A DNA stretch of 64,000 bases, taken from a virus. Lineage: Duplodnaviria > Heunggongvirae > Uroviricota > Caudoviricetes. This document shows, one piece after another, positions 1-11,500 of the stretch. The position numbers and the translations under genes were made by a program. The DNA lies in the IMG/VR virus record IMGVR_UViG_3300027710_001079, positions 833 to 64,832 of that record. One strand, written 5' to 3'. The number at the start of each line of letters is the position of its first letter. Positions within the stretch are counted from its first letter, which is position 1. The notes below the pieces were generated by a model. The model was given only the letters and a program-made list of their open reading frames with translations, was not told the origin of the DNA and made no database searches.

Positions 1-2
1 AT

Positions 3-2123
3 GATAAGTCTGATACCAGTCAAGGTGCCGGTGCATCCAATGATCCAGTAGTCAAGGCACCTAACAACGGTGCCAAGGATGCACCAAAAGATCAAAATGA
101 TAGGGCACCTGCCCTTCCGGGGAGCGAAGCTGGATCTACTAATGCAAGGGGTCAGCCAGTACAACAGAATCCTTATTATCAAATTGCATATGCTGCCCAT
201 CAGGCTATATTAGAAAGTGTTAATATGCTTACCGGTGAGATTGAGATTTTAGGAGATCCTTTTTATCTTGCAACCGGTGGCATGGGAAACTTTTTGCCAA
301 GTTTAAAAGATACGGCAATCACTACTACCGGCGAAGCCAATTTCAATAACGGTCCTGTAGTGGTAAAGATTAATTTTAGAAATCCAATAGATATCAATGA
401 ACAAACTGGTCTTGCTGAATTTAGCAAAACAGCGGTGCCGTTTAGCGGAGTTTATCAAGTTTTAAAATGTCAAAGTACATTAAGAGACGGTGCTTTTAAA
501 CAAAAATTAAACATCATGCGGTATAGTGGTCAGATAGCAGACGGATCTGATCTTAAAGAAACAAAAGCACAAAAAGATGTACAAGATAGCAAACCTGGAG
601 AACAGCAAGTTATTGATCGTGCACCGAATGATGTTGCACGATCGGGTGTTAAACCTAACGAAGCAAATTTAGCCGGATGGATTGATAAAGGGCTGCCGTC
701 AGTGGGACTGCCTGGACAATTTGCTAACTTGCTAGGTGCAGGAAATCAAGCATTAAAAACGGTTACCGGTGCATTAGGTCCCGCCGCAAATGTATTAAAT
801 CAAGTTGGTAATCTAGGTGCTGGGTTGGGCATAGGAGATGCATTAACAGGTATTAATCCTTTGTCAAAAGGAATACCAATCAATGTAGATTCATTGGCAA
901 TATTAAATGGAAATCCTTTAGCTGGTGCAGCATCACTTAACCAAGTAGGGAATCAACTTAAATCTTTAGTTCCTGGAAACATTGACGGACTTATAAACGT
1001 ACAGTCGGCACAGGATGCGTCAAGTATATTGAATAAAGCAGCAAGCGGTGCATCGTCAGTGGTTAATGGAGTAGCAAAGGGTGCAGAAAGTTTTGTAGCA
1101 TCTGCAGGTGCAGGAGTTAGTAATCTATTAGATTCTACTAAAGGATTAGGAGACACCGCTGGACTTGTTAATAATGTTCAAGGAAAATTAGCTAACTTAA
1201 CTTCTGGTGGTAGCAGTAGCCTAACGCCGCTACAGAAATCTGCGGTAATGCAAGATGCAATTGATAAAGGACTCCCAGTCGATCAGGCGTTAAGAAACGC
1301 ACAATTATTTGGAGTTAATGTTGCAGGATTTGAAACTAATCCTAGTGCAATGGCAGCTAAATTGGGAATTGACACTTCGCAGTTGTCTGGGCTAACTGGA
1401 AAATTAGATAGTAAAGTAATTTCTGAACTTCAGTCTGTTGTAAAAGAATTACCTGATAATGTTAGTTTAAACTCTGTTAAAGAACAGGGCATTATTCTTG
1501 CAAACATTGGCAAAGACTCATTAAAGAATATTCCGGCAATTCCCCCTAAAGTAACTGCACCTTTTGCAGAATTGCCTACTCCCGCAACTTCAGACACACT
1601 GTCTGTAGCTGATAGATCTAAAGTAATTAATCATGCAATTGCAAATGGCATACCTGTTGATCAAGCATTAAGGAATGCATCATTATTTGGCGGCACCGGC
1701 AGTATTCCTAGTCTAAATGGATCAGCACTAAGCTCATTATCTGCCCTTGGTAAATCTTCAGCAGACATGATAACTGGTAAAATTTCTTCAATCCAGCAGG
1801 GCATATCGGGAGTTGTAGGTCAGAGAGGTGCATTACAAGCCGGCCTTACTACAGCAATGGGTATTCCTGGATCAGTTGAAAGTCAAATATCGTCAGTTCA
1901 AAAAATGTTAGGTAATCCTGAATCAGGAGTAACTCAACTATCGAATTTAGGAAAAAGTGTTACTGCACAGTTTGGAAGTTTATCAGCAGCATCAGCCAGT
2001 CCTTTAGAAAAGTTTATGAACAACTCTGTAAATAGCCTAAACGATCCGAACGCCCCACCGTACGCAGGAACTGACCCTATTGTAAGAAGAAGGTTAGGTT
2101 TGCCTCCTATAGAAGAAGCATAA
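3..2123 (+). CDS. 5'-truncated tail/baseplate hub-like structural protein with long Gly/Ala/Ser-rich C-terminal extension
   Basis: The frame of ORF 225..2123 stays open back to position 3, so the gene starts before the window. GEIEILGDPFYL...VKINFRNPID...FSGVYQV...FKQKL resembles hub-type proteins. It lies immediately upstream of the gp5-like gene. Confidence 0.55.
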   Translation, partial: DKSDTSQGAGASNDPVVKAPNNGAKDAPKDQNDRAPALPGSEAGSTNARGQPVQQNPYYQIAYAAHQAILESVNMLTGEIEILGDPFYLATGGMGNFLPSLKDTAITTTGEANFNNGPVVVKINFRNPIDINEQTGLAEFSKTAVPFSGVYQVLKCQSTLRDGAFKQKLNIMRYSGQIADGSDLKETKAQKDVQDSKPGEQQVIDRAPNDVARSGVKPNEANLAGWIDKGLPSVGLPGQFANLLGAGNQALKTVTGALGPAANVLNQVGNLGAGLGIGDALTGINPLSKGIPINVDSLAILNGNPLAGAASLNQVGNQLKSLVPGNIDGLINVQSAQDASSILNKAASGASSVVNGVAKGAESFVASAGAGVSNLLDSTKGLGDTAGLVNNVQGKLANLTSGGSSSLTPLQKSAVMQDAIDKGLPVDQALRNAQLFGVNVAGFETNPSAMAAKLGIDTSQLSGLTGKLDSKVISELQSVVKELPDNVSLNSVKEQGIILANIGKDSLKNIPAIPPKVTAPFAELPTPATSDTLSVADRSKVINHAIANGIPVDQALRNASLFGGTGSIPSLNGSALSSLSALGKSSADMITGKISSIQQGISGVVGQRGALQAGLTTAMGIPGSVESQISSVQKMLGNPESGVTQLSNLGKSVTAQFGSLSAASASPLEKFMNNSVNSLNDPNAPPYAGTDPIVRRRLGLPPIEEA

Positions 2124-2124
2124 T

Positions 2125-4401
2125 ATGAGTATTCAAACCCGCAGAAGACAAAAATTACCACATCCTGGGCCTTGGCTAGGAGTAATTACAAACTATCTTG
2201 ATCCTACATACATGGGAGGCTTAGAAGTCTCTTTGATTAAGTCTACTCAAGGCGAAGTTACATTACAAAGTGAAACGGTGGTAGTTCGTTACATGACTCC
2301 TTTTTACGGCATTACATCTATCAAACACGAAGGTACGAACTCTGCTGATTTTAATGATGTTCAAAAAAGCTACGGTATGTGGTTTGTACCGCCCGATATT
2401 GGTACCACAGTAATGTGTATGTTCATTGATGGAGATCCAAATTCCGGCTATTGGTTAGGCTGCGTGCCTGAGGCATTTCAAAATCATATGATTCCCGGAC
2501 TTGCAGCAAGTCAAACAGTGGCAATGACTGCGGAGCAAGAAAGAAAATACGGCACTAGAAATGTACCAGTAGGTGAATTTTTAAAGAAAGGTAGAGATCT
2601 TTCTAATCCTAAACCAGACACATATACAAAACCTATACATCCTTTTGCAGATAGACTGCTGGCCCAGGGATTACTTACTGATACAATTAGAGGCACTACG
2701 ACTAGTGGTGCTCGCCGAGAAATTCCTAGTGCAGTATTTGGTATCAGTACGCCCGGCCCCCTTGATCCAAATGGAAAGAAAGGCTACATTGGATATGAAA
2801 GTATTTCTACTGCACCAGTAAGTAGATTAGGTGGAACACAACTAGTTTTTGATGATGGTGATCAAAACGGACAGAATGAATTAGTAAGGATTAGAACTAG
2901 AACCGGACATCAAATCTTAATGCATAATAGTCAGGATCTGATTTACATTGGTAATAGTAAAGGTTCTGCATGGGTAGAATTAACCAGCAACGGTAAGATT
3001 GATATCTACGCCGAAGACTCAATTAGTATCCATACTGAACAAGATTTTAACTTTAGAGCAGATAGAGATGTAAACATCGAAGCTGGTAGAAATATCAATT
3101 TCCGTGCCGAAAAGAATATGGAGACCAACGTTAGCGGCCACTATTTTTTAAGTGTTGATGAAGAAACTAGAATTGTATTTTCAAAGACTAAGGACGAAAC
3201 TATAGGTGCTGATTCTAAATTAACAATAATCGGTAATCACGAAATTCTTAGCGGTGCTAGTGTTAAAGTATCTGCCGAAGGCACAATGAATTTGGCTTCT
3301 GAAGGGAATATGCGTCAAAGTACAGGTGCAAGTTTCCATGTAGGTGCCGCCGGAAATTATTATGAAAGTGCTACTGCAATTCATATGAATGGTCCAGCCG
3401 CAGAGGCAGCAGAGACTGCAAGTCAAGCCACTGTACCACCTGACTTACCCTTGTATGCATTACCAAACAGACAAAAATCAGCAGGCTGGGAAAATGGTCA
3501 ATTCTATAAAGCAAGTCCTATTAGAAGTATTATGCAACGTGTTCCTACTCACGAGCCGTGGGATCAACATGAAAACAACAATCCTAAGCAGTTTAGTCCC
3601 GAAGCAACAGATAATACACTACAAAGTAGAGCAAGTAGTGGTGTAGCTGATAATCCAAATATTGGAACGCAACAGCCCGCTAACGGTGCTGAGTCTACTC
3701 CGGGAACATGCAGTCCTGAATTTGCAAAAGATATCAGAGACTCTGGTGCAGCCGCAGGAATTGCAGCAATTAAAGCAGCCTGTGCAAAATTTGGTCTAAC
3801 AAGTCCATATGCTGTGGCGGCATTGCTAGGCATTGCTGGCGGTGAATGTCGTTGGAGACTAGTTGAAGAAAACTTTAATTACAAGACCGATAGATTGTTA
3901 CAGGTCTTTCCTAGTGTATTCAAAGGTGATCGAGCACTTGCTGATCAGTATTCTGGAAATCCAAATAACAGTTTACCTGAATTCTTGTACGGGTATCAGA
4001 CCGCTAAAGGTAAAGGGTTAGGTAATACTGAAGCAGGTGATGGTGCAAAGTTTATTGGCCGAGGTTATATTCAGCTTACAGGCCGAGGCAACTACAGCAG
4101 ATACGGCACACTAGCAGGTCATGACCTAATTAACAATCCTAAACTTCTAATGGATCCAGCAATCGCCGCAGAAGTTAGCGTTAAGTATCTGCTTGACAGA
4201 GTTAAAATGTCTCCATCTGATCCGGGTTATTTTGCAGCCGCATGTAAAGCTGTTGGGTTTAACACACCTGATATTAAAGCAAAGAAAACTGGGTTTTATA
4301 ATTGTTTCTTAGCACAGCTACAGGGTAAAGTTGTAACATCTAGTGATGGCACACCTATTGTTGATGGATCAGGAAACCCTGTAACAACTGGGGTAAAATA
4401 A
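2125..4401 (+). CDS. gp5/VgrG-like baseplate central spike with C-terminal GH19 (lysozyme/chitinase-like) domain
   Basis: OB-fold-type N-terminus (SYGMWFVPPDIGTTVMCMFIDGDPNSGYWLGC), FDDG..ELVRIRTRTGHQILM, and beta-helix-like repeats. C-terminal ENFNY...GNTEAGDGAKFIGRGYIQLTGRGNY...NPKLL is a GH19 signature. Upstream of gp25 and gp6. Confidence 0.85.
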   Translation: MSIQTRRRQKLPHPGPWLGVITNYLDPTYMGGLEVSLIKSTQGEVTLQSETVVVRYMTPFYGITSIKHEGTNSADFNDVQKSYGMWFVPPDIGTTVMCMFIDGDPNSGYWLGCVPEAFQNHMIPGLAASQTVAMTAEQERKYGTRNVPVGEFLKKGRDLSNPKPDTYTKPIHPFADRLLAQGLLTDTIRGTTTSGARREIPSAVFGISTPGPLDPNGKKGYIGYESISTAPVSRLGGTQLVFDDGDQNGQNELVRIRTRTGHQILMHNSQDLIYIGNSKGSAWVELTSNGKIDIYAEDSISIHTEQDFNFRADRDVNIEAGRNINFRAEKNMETNVSGHYFLSVDEETRIVFSKTKDETIGADSKLTIIGNHEILSGASVKVSAEGTMNLASEGNMRQSTGASFHVGAAGNYYESATAIHMNGPAAEAAETASQATVPPDLPLYALPNRQKSAGWENGQFYKASPIRSIMQRVPTHEPWDQHENNNPKQFSPEATDNTLQSRASSGVADNPNIGTQQPANGAESTPGTCSPEFAKDIRDSGAAAGIAAIKAACAKFGLTSPYAVAALLGIAGGECRWRLVEENFNYKTDRLLQVFPSVFKGDRALADQYSGNPNNSLPEFLYGYQTAKGKGLGNTEAGDGAKFIGRGYIQLTGRGNYSRYGTLAGHDLINNPKLLMDPAIAAEVSVKYLLDRVKMSPSDPGYFAAACKAVGFNTPDIKAKKTGFYNCFLAQLQGKVVTSSDGTPIVDGSGNPVTTGVK

Positions 4402-4417
4402 CTGAATAAATAGAGTT

Positions 4418-4852
4418 ATGGCCTACAAAAATATAGTTATAACTCCTCCAAATCTTAAAAATGTAACTACTACTAAAACTAGTCAGTTCTATAAAGGGTT
4501 CAGTACAGTAGATGATACAACTACTAATGTCAAACTCTACGACTATGAATTGATCAAACAAGATATTTTAAATCAATTCAACACTCGTAAAGGGGAACGA
4601 TTAATGAATCCTAATTTTGGTTCAGTAGTCTGGGATCTAATATACGAGCCGCTAACACCTAATGTCAAGCAACAAATATCTGCAGACATTGATAGGATCC
4701 TTGCATCTGATCCTAGAGTAATTCCTACTCTAGTAAACATTATTGAACAAGATTACGGATTTTTATTAGAAGTTACATTATCTTATAAAGGTACTGATGT
4801 AAGTGACGGCATGATTTTATCTTTTGATAAGCGTGTTGGCTTGGCTGGGTAA
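4418..4852 (+). CDS. baseplate wedge subunit, T4 gp25-like
   Basis: IKQDILNQFNTRKGERLMNPNFGSVVWDLIYEPL...DPRV motif of the GPW/gp25 family; size and position fit. Confidence 0.9.
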   Translation: MAYKNIVITPPNLKNVTTTKTSQFYKGFSTVDDTTTNVKLYDYELIKQDILNQFNTRKGERLMNPNFGSVVWDLIYEPLTPNVKQQISADIDRILASDPRVIPTLVNIIEQDYGFLLEVTLSYKGTDVSDGMILSFDKRVGLAG

Positions 4853-4873
4853 TAAACTACGTGGTTTATTTTT
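4851..4873 (+). terminator. possible weak intrinsic terminator/hairpin after gp25
   Basis: AATAAAC-TACGTG-GTTTATT inverted repeat followed by T run. The stem is AT-rich. Confidence 0.3.
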
Positions 4874-4907
4874 CCAATAAATATGCAATATTAAGGTAAC
4901 TCGGTTT

Positions 4908-7900
4908 ATGATCCCGTCAACAAATTCAAAACTACTGGTCGCAGAAGATTGGAAAAAGGTATATCAATCTTTTAAGAATTCTGATTTTAAATCTTACGAC
5001 TTTGAAACTCTTCGTAGGACAATGATTTCTTATCTCCGCGAAAAGTACCCAGAAGATTTTAACGACTATATTGAATCTAGTGAATATGTTGCACTAATCG
5101 ATCTTATTGCTTACCTTGGACAGAATTTAAGTTTCCGTGTTGACCTTAATGCACGTGAGAACTTTTTAGAAACAGCACAACGTCGTGACAGCATTTTGCG
5201 TCTAGCACAGTTGATTAACTACAATGCCAAGCGTAATACTCCTGCCAATGGATTTTTAAAATTAACAGCAATATCTACTACTGATAACGTATTTGATGCT
5301 AACGGTAGCAATTTAGCAAACACAGTTATTTCCTGGAACGATGTTAGCAACACTAACTGGTACCAGCAGTTTGTCACTATCATTAACAGTGCTATGCCCG
5401 GCTCTGTTACATTTGGCAAGCCGTATGACAAAAAGACAATCAACGGCATCCCTACAGAACAATACAAGTTAAACACTGCAAATTCTGATGTTCCTGTGTT
5501 CGGATTTAACAAAACAATTGGCGGCATTTCGATGCCTTTTGAAATCACCAGCTGCGAATTTACTGGAAAGACACACATCTACGAGTCAGTACCTAAGCCG
5601 GCTGATCAGTTTAGTTTTATTTTTAGAAACGATAGTAAAGGCAGTGCAAGTGCTAATACCGGTTTCTTTGCACACTTTCGTCAAGGTACATTAAACTTAG
5701 CTTCATTTGGTGTTGATGCACCTGTGCCAAATGAAATTGTTGGCATTAACGCCAGCGACATTAATGACAACGATGTGTGGTTATGGCAGCTTGATGCTGA
5801 CGGAAACTATGACACAAACTGGTCTAAAGTCCAAGCCTTAACTGGAAATAACGTAATATACAACAGCTTGAGCAATCAAGAAAGAAATATTTTTGCAGTT
5901 ACTACTCGAGAAAACGATCAAGTTGATTTAAACTTTGCAGACGGTCTGTTTGGAAATTTGCCTAAGGGTCAGTTTGTATTGTTTTATAGACAGAGCAACG
6001 GATTAAAGTATTCTGTTAAGCCTGAGCAGATTAACGGAGTTCAAATTTCTTTACCTTATTTTAACAAAATAGGACAAAAGCAACAACTATCTTTAACATT
6101 CAGCTTACAATACACTGTTAATAACAGTGAGAGTTCTGAGTCAGATGCTAACATTAAATTAAAAGCACCACAGTCTTTCTATACTCAAAATAGAATGATC
6201 ACCGCTGAAGATTACAACATTGCACCATTAACTGCTGGTGCAGATATTGTTAAGATTAAAAGCGTTAATAGAATTTCTAGCGGAATTTCTAAGTATTACG
6301 AGCTAAGTGATGTTAGTGGAAAATATTCCGGAACTAATATATTTGGTGAAGACGGTGCGTTATACCAAGAAGATAAGACACTGACATTAGAGTTTTCTTA
6401 CTCTAACAAAAACGAAATTTATGCAGCGGTGATTAACAAAATTATTCCTATTGCTGAATCTGCAAGTATGAATAATTTTTACCTGAACTACTGGCCGCGT
6501 CCAGCAGTGTCAGACCCTCCGGCAGTATGGAATCAGTCTACCAAAAGTACTAATCAATCTACGGGATATTTCAAAGATGGACTAACTGGTGTTGCTTTGC
6601 AAACAGGTATTTTTGCCGCTAGCAATCTAAGTTATTTAGAGCCCGGTGCTCTTGTTAAGTTTGTTCCGCCACAAGGACAATACTTTTTGCCAAACGGAAA
6701 CTTGACAACAGTAAGTGATTCAACTACTAAAGATTTTAAATGGGTTAAGACATCCTTGATTATCGGTGATGGATCTTACGGCGGCCAAGGAAATTTACCT
6801 GACGGTACTGGACCTGTTATTGTTACTCAGAACATTCCTTCAAATGCTATTGCAAGAGAAATTATTCCTCCGTTTGACAGTGTGTTCAGTTATTCATTAC
6901 AAACTGATATTGTTAATCTTTCGTTAGCCAAGAGAAATTTTGGTCTAAGTTTTGCAGAAGACACTCGTTCGTGGTATGTGATTAACGACACTGACCTAGA
7001 CTTGACAAATCCTTTTACTATCCTATACCAAAAAGATTCTTCAAACACTAATAAAGATGCTAGCTGGTTATTTGCATTTACTTGGACTGGAATAGGATAT
7101 GAAGTAAAATATAGAATCACAGACTATATTTTTGAAAGCGAACGAGACACCTCGTTCTTCTTTGATTCTACAACAAAGAATTATGACTTCACAAAAAATA
7201 CTCTTGTGAAAGATCAAATTAAGATCCTTGGAACCAATCCGTCTCCTGTTAATTATGGAAATGCTATTATTTCATTAACGTCAACTGGTACTAACGGTAG
7301 CGTTACTGGATTTAACATTATTAATCGAGGTAAGGGTTACGTTTCTACTCCTCAAGTTACTATCACTGGTAGCAGTTCTGGAGAGTTTTATCCTGTGTTA
7401 AAAAATGGATCAGTGGATCGTATCATTGTGGTAAATTCAGGTTCAGGCTATAATACATTAACTTCGGTAGTGAGTATTTCTTTCTCTGAAACACAGTATT
7501 CTACATTGCCGCTCGGTATAGATTATGGCTGGCAAATTGACGGTAACATTGTTGAAGCAGATGGATATATTGAACCTAAAAAAATTCAAGTATCTTTCTT
7601 AGACGAATATGAAGACAATCAAATTGAAAACCCAGATGCCTTTACTGACATTGTAGCACCTGCTTCATTAAGTCCTCAAACTGGATTTAAAGATAAGTTT
7701 GTCTATTTTAGATATGCAGATAATGACTTAACATATTCAATTGTTACTAATGCAGAAATTCTTGCTTACCCTACAGAAGAAGATGTTCCGCAATCGGCAA
7801 AAGTTGAAGGGCAGTTATTTTATTTCTACGACAAATCAATTAACGTTATTAAACACTATTCAGAGTCAGCAGAAAGCTCATATGTATTACAACCTAACTA

Positions 7901-8567
7901 CTTTGCAAGGCCTGGAAGAACAGGATTAAAGTTCCAGTATAGACACAATAGTGGCGACGACCGTAGATTAGACCCAAGTAAAACTAACTTGATTGATATT
8001 TTTGTGCTTACACAAACATACGACACAACTTATAGAAATTGGTTAACTTCAGAATCGGGTAGCGAGCCACTTCCGCCTACTAGTTCTGAGCTTGAAGAAA
8101 ACTATAGCAGCACATTAGAGCCTATTAAAGCTATTAGCGATCAGTTAATTTACCAACCAGTAAAATATAAAGTATTGTTTGGAACACAGGCAGATAGAAA
8201 TCTTCAGGCAACATTTAAAGCAGTTAGAAATAGCACAAGAAGTACAACAGAAAATGAATTAAAATCTAGAATACTTGCGGGCATTGAACAGTTCTTTGCA
8301 TTAGAAAATTGGGAGTTTGGACAAACATTCTACTTTAGTGAGTTGTCAACATACATCATGAACATGATGTCTCCTGATATCACTAACTTTATTATTGTTC
8401 CAAAAGCAGATGTGCCATTTGGTAGTCTGTACGAAATTGCCTGCCAAAACAACGAAATTTTTATTAACGGTGCCGGCGTAAGTAACATTGAGATTATTGA
8501 CGCTATTACTGCAAATCAAATTAAAACAACAGCAACTATTATCAATAGTACATTAGGAGTATATTAA
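4908..8567 (+). CDS. baseplate wedge protein, T4 gp6-like
   Basis: DFETLRRTMISYL...LIDLIAYLGQNLSFRVDLNARENFLETAQRRDSILRLAQLINY, FADGLFGNLP, and QNRMITAEDY are gp6/baseplate-J motifs. Confidence 0.88.
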   Translation: MIPSTNSKLLVAEDWKKVYQSFKNSDFKSYDFETLRRTMISYLREKYPEDFNDYIESSEYVALIDLIAYLGQNLSFRVDLNARENFLETAQRRDSILRLAQLINYNAKRNTPANGFLKLTAISTTDNVFDANGSNLANTVISWNDVSNTNWYQQFVTIINSAMPGSVTFGKPYDKKTINGIPTEQYKLNTANSDVPVFGFNKTIGGISMPFEITSCEFTGKTHIYESVPKPADQFSFIFRNDSKGSASANTGFFAHFRQGTLNLASFGVDAPVPNEIVGINASDINDNDVWLWQLDADGNYDTNWSKVQALTGNNVIYNSLSNQERNIFAVTTRENDQVDLNFADGLFGNLPKGQFVLFYRQSNGLKYSVKPEQINGVQISLPYFNKIGQKQQLSLTFSLQYTVNNSESSESDANIKLKAPQSFYTQNRMITAEDYNIAPLTAGADIVKIKSVNRISSGISKYYELSDVSGKYSGTNIFGEDGALYQEDKTLTLEFSYSNKNEIYAAVINKIIPIAESASMNNFYLNYWPRPAVSDPPAVWNQSTKSTNQSTGYFKDGLTGVALQTGIFAASNLSYLEPGALVKFVPPQGQYFLPNGNLTTVSDSTTKDFKWVKTSLIIGDGSYGGQGNLPDGTGPVIVTQNIPSNAIAREIIPPFDSVFSYSLQTDIVNLSLAKRNFGLSFAEDTRSWYVINDTDLDLTNPFTILYQKDSSNTNKDASWLFAFTWTGIGYEVKYRITDYIFESERDTSFFFDSTTKNYDFTKNTLVKDQIKILGTNPSPVNYGNAIISLTSTGTNGSVTGFNIINRGKGYVSTPQVTITGSSSGEFYPVLKNGSVDRIIVVNSGSGYNTLTSVVSISFSETQYSTLPLGIDYGWQIDGNIVEADGYIEPKKIQVSFLDEYEDNQIENPDAFTDIVAPASLSPQTGFKDKFVYFRYADNDLTYSIVTNAEILAYPTEEDVPQSAKVEGQLFYFYDKSINVIKHYSESAESSYVLQPNYFARPGRTGLKFQYRHNSGDDRRLDPSKTNLIDIFVLTQTYDTTYRNWLTSESGSEPLPPTSSELEENYSSTLEPIKAISDQLIYQPVKYKVLFGTQADRNLQATFKAVRNSTRSTTENELKSRILAGIEQFFALENWEFGQTFYFSELSTYIMNMMSPDITNFIIVPKADVPFGSLYEIACQNNEIFINGAGVSNIEIIDAITANQIKTTATIINSTLGVY

Positions 8568-11500
8568 TGTCTGATGAATTGAATCAGGTGGAAGACAAGA
8601 ACACACCGAGCACTAGAAAAAGTGTTAACCTATTACCGGTGCTGTTCAGGACAGATAAGAACAGCAAGTTCTTAGCAGGTACTATTGACCAATTAATACA
8701 ACCACCTCAATTAAAGAGACTTGACGGATGGGTCGGCAGTAAAATTACTCCAACATATGATCCAAGCAAGGATTATTATATTGAGTCTAATCTTAAAACT
8801 AGACAAGATTATCAATTAGAACCTGCACTAGTAGTTACTAATGATATTTTAAAAATTATTAAATCTACAGCATATGATGATTTAATCAACCAACTTGACT
8901 ATGAAGGTGCAAATACTTCGAGACTTGATAGACTTTTTGACCCGCAGTTTTATTCATACGACCCACACATTGACTGGGACAAATTTGTTAACTTTGAAAA
9001 ATACTATTGGATTCCTGCAGGTCCTAATTCAATCTCAATATCAAATCAACAACGAGAAGTAGTTAGCACATACAATGTAACTGACACTGCTGACGGTTTT
9101 AATTTTGTTTTCACCCCTGATGGACTTACTCCTGCTCCTCAAATTACTTTGTACAGGGGAGTTACTTATAAATTCAATGTTAAGAGTCTAAGTACATTCT
9201 GGATTAAGACTTCTAGAATTACTGGGAAAGAAGCTCCTTACAGGGCTACTACTAATAACGGTATTTCTGAAGGTGAAATAACATTAACTATTGATCACAC
9301 AACTCCTAAAGTTCTTTACTATGTTTCAGAAACAGAAATTCTCAATGGCGGAGAGTTCATCATCAAAGATATTGAAGAAAACAGCTTCATTGATGTAGAG
9401 AAAGAAATTTTAGGAAAGAAAAATTATAAGTCTTTCTCTGGAGTTGAATTCACTAACGGAATGAAAATTAACTTTGTTGGTCAAGTATCTCCTGAAACAT
9501 ACAAAGATAAAGAATTTGTTGTTGAAGGTGTGGGTTCTGAAATTAAGTTAGTTGAATTTGATTCTCTAATTGCACCGGAACGCTTTGCTACTGTTTTTGA
9601 TGAAAGGTTTGATAGCGAAAGCTTTGACAAATATGCATTTGATCAATCTATTAATCTTCCTCTAGTACCTGAATATATCACCATCAACAAGGCTAGTAAA
9701 GATAAAAACCCATGGAGTCGTTACAATCGCTGGTTCCACGAGGATGTTATCCGATTGAGTGCAAAACTCAACGGAGTACCAGTACTGCTACCATTTAGCG
9801 ATAGAGCAAAACGACCTATTGTTGAATTTGAAGCTGACATGCAACTTCATAACTTTGGCAGTTTTGTTAAAAAGAATGTTCAGTTCATTGATACTATTAC
9901 TACTGATGTATTTTCTACAGTAGAAGGCTCAGTTGGATATTACATCGACGGAGAAGAAGTTGGTCAAGGTGATCGAGTAATCTTTACTGCTGACAATGAC
10001 AACTTTGTTAATAATAAAACTTATATTGTTAACTTTGTAAAAATTGGAGAAAAATTTAGAATCAGTTTAGACGAAGAACCTGATGTTACTCCGCAGGCAG
10101 GTGACTCAGTTGTTATTACTAAAGGTACTGTTAAGCGTGGTGAAAACTGGTGGTTCAACGGAACTAACTGGGTATCAAGTCAGCAAAAAACTGCTTTAAA
10201 TCAAGCACCTCGATTTGAGATCTACGATAATAATGGTGTTGCATATAGTGACCCAGTTTATAAAGAAATTTTCTTAGGATCTAAGATTTTTGGTTATAGC
10301 ATCGGCACAGGCGTTGCAGATTCTGTATTAGGATTTCCTTTAAAATACAAAAATATTTCTAATCAAGCATATTATTTGTTTGAAAACTATTTCATGACTG
10401 ATGTTAATTTTGTTGTTGACGGCAACAATTCTTACTCAGTTCCTGTGTCTAACGGCTTTATAAAAAGAAACGTTAATAGAAACGACTCCGTTTATATCAA
10501 TGTGTGGACAGAGTCTGCTGGATATCAAATTCCTATTATTCAATATACCGTTGCAGACTCTGTAATTACTGAATTAGAAATTACTGCGGTTGAAAATGCC
10601 GGTTATCAAAATATTGAAGTAGAAGTATTTGTCAACGAAGATAAAAAAGTTTTATTAGATGAGTATACATTATATGCATCTGGCAGAAGATATTTTGTAG
10701 TTTTTAAAAATCCAGTAACCGTTGGAGACAGAGTACTTCTTAAAGTTAAAGGCACTGGAAAACCTAGTCTAACCGGTGCATACGAAACTTCTTTAGGATT
10801 TACAAATAATCCGTTGAACGGCCCTATTTCTCAATTTACTCTTTCCGAGTTGTCTGATCACGTTAAGACTATGATTGACAGGCATCCTAACTTTGTTGGA
10901 AGCTTCCCGGGAACTAGCAACATTAGAGATATTGATCAATTACCTAGTTACGGCACTAGACTAATCTGCAATAAAAACCCTCTCGCATTTGCTGCATATT
11001 TTATTGCTAACGACAAATACAATTTGTTGTCTGCAACAAGAACGGTTGCACAACATTACAATCAATTTAAATTAGGGTTGATTGATCAAATTACAAAACT
11101 TAAAGGTAATTACACTTCTGCAAAAGCATTAGATATTGCATTATACAATATGAATGTGAATAAAGAAGTATCTTTTCCTTATGCACTAACTGATATGGTT
11201 GCTTACGGTACTGATTTAGTTTCTAGATCGTATCCTGTAACTGACAGCAGAAATAAAAATTATTCAGTAGTGTCAACATTTAATCTAACTGAATTATCTT
11301 TACGTTCTGTTATAGTGTACAGAACAGACACTGCTGGCAATATAGTACAGCTAGTTCACGGGTCTGAATATGAATTTGATCTATTTGATTCGTCAGTTAA
11401 TATTAAAATTGATTTAGTCAAAGGAGACATTATTACTGTTAATGATTATCCTAGTACTAAAGGCTGCTACGTACCGCCTACACCTACTAAGTTAGGTCTA

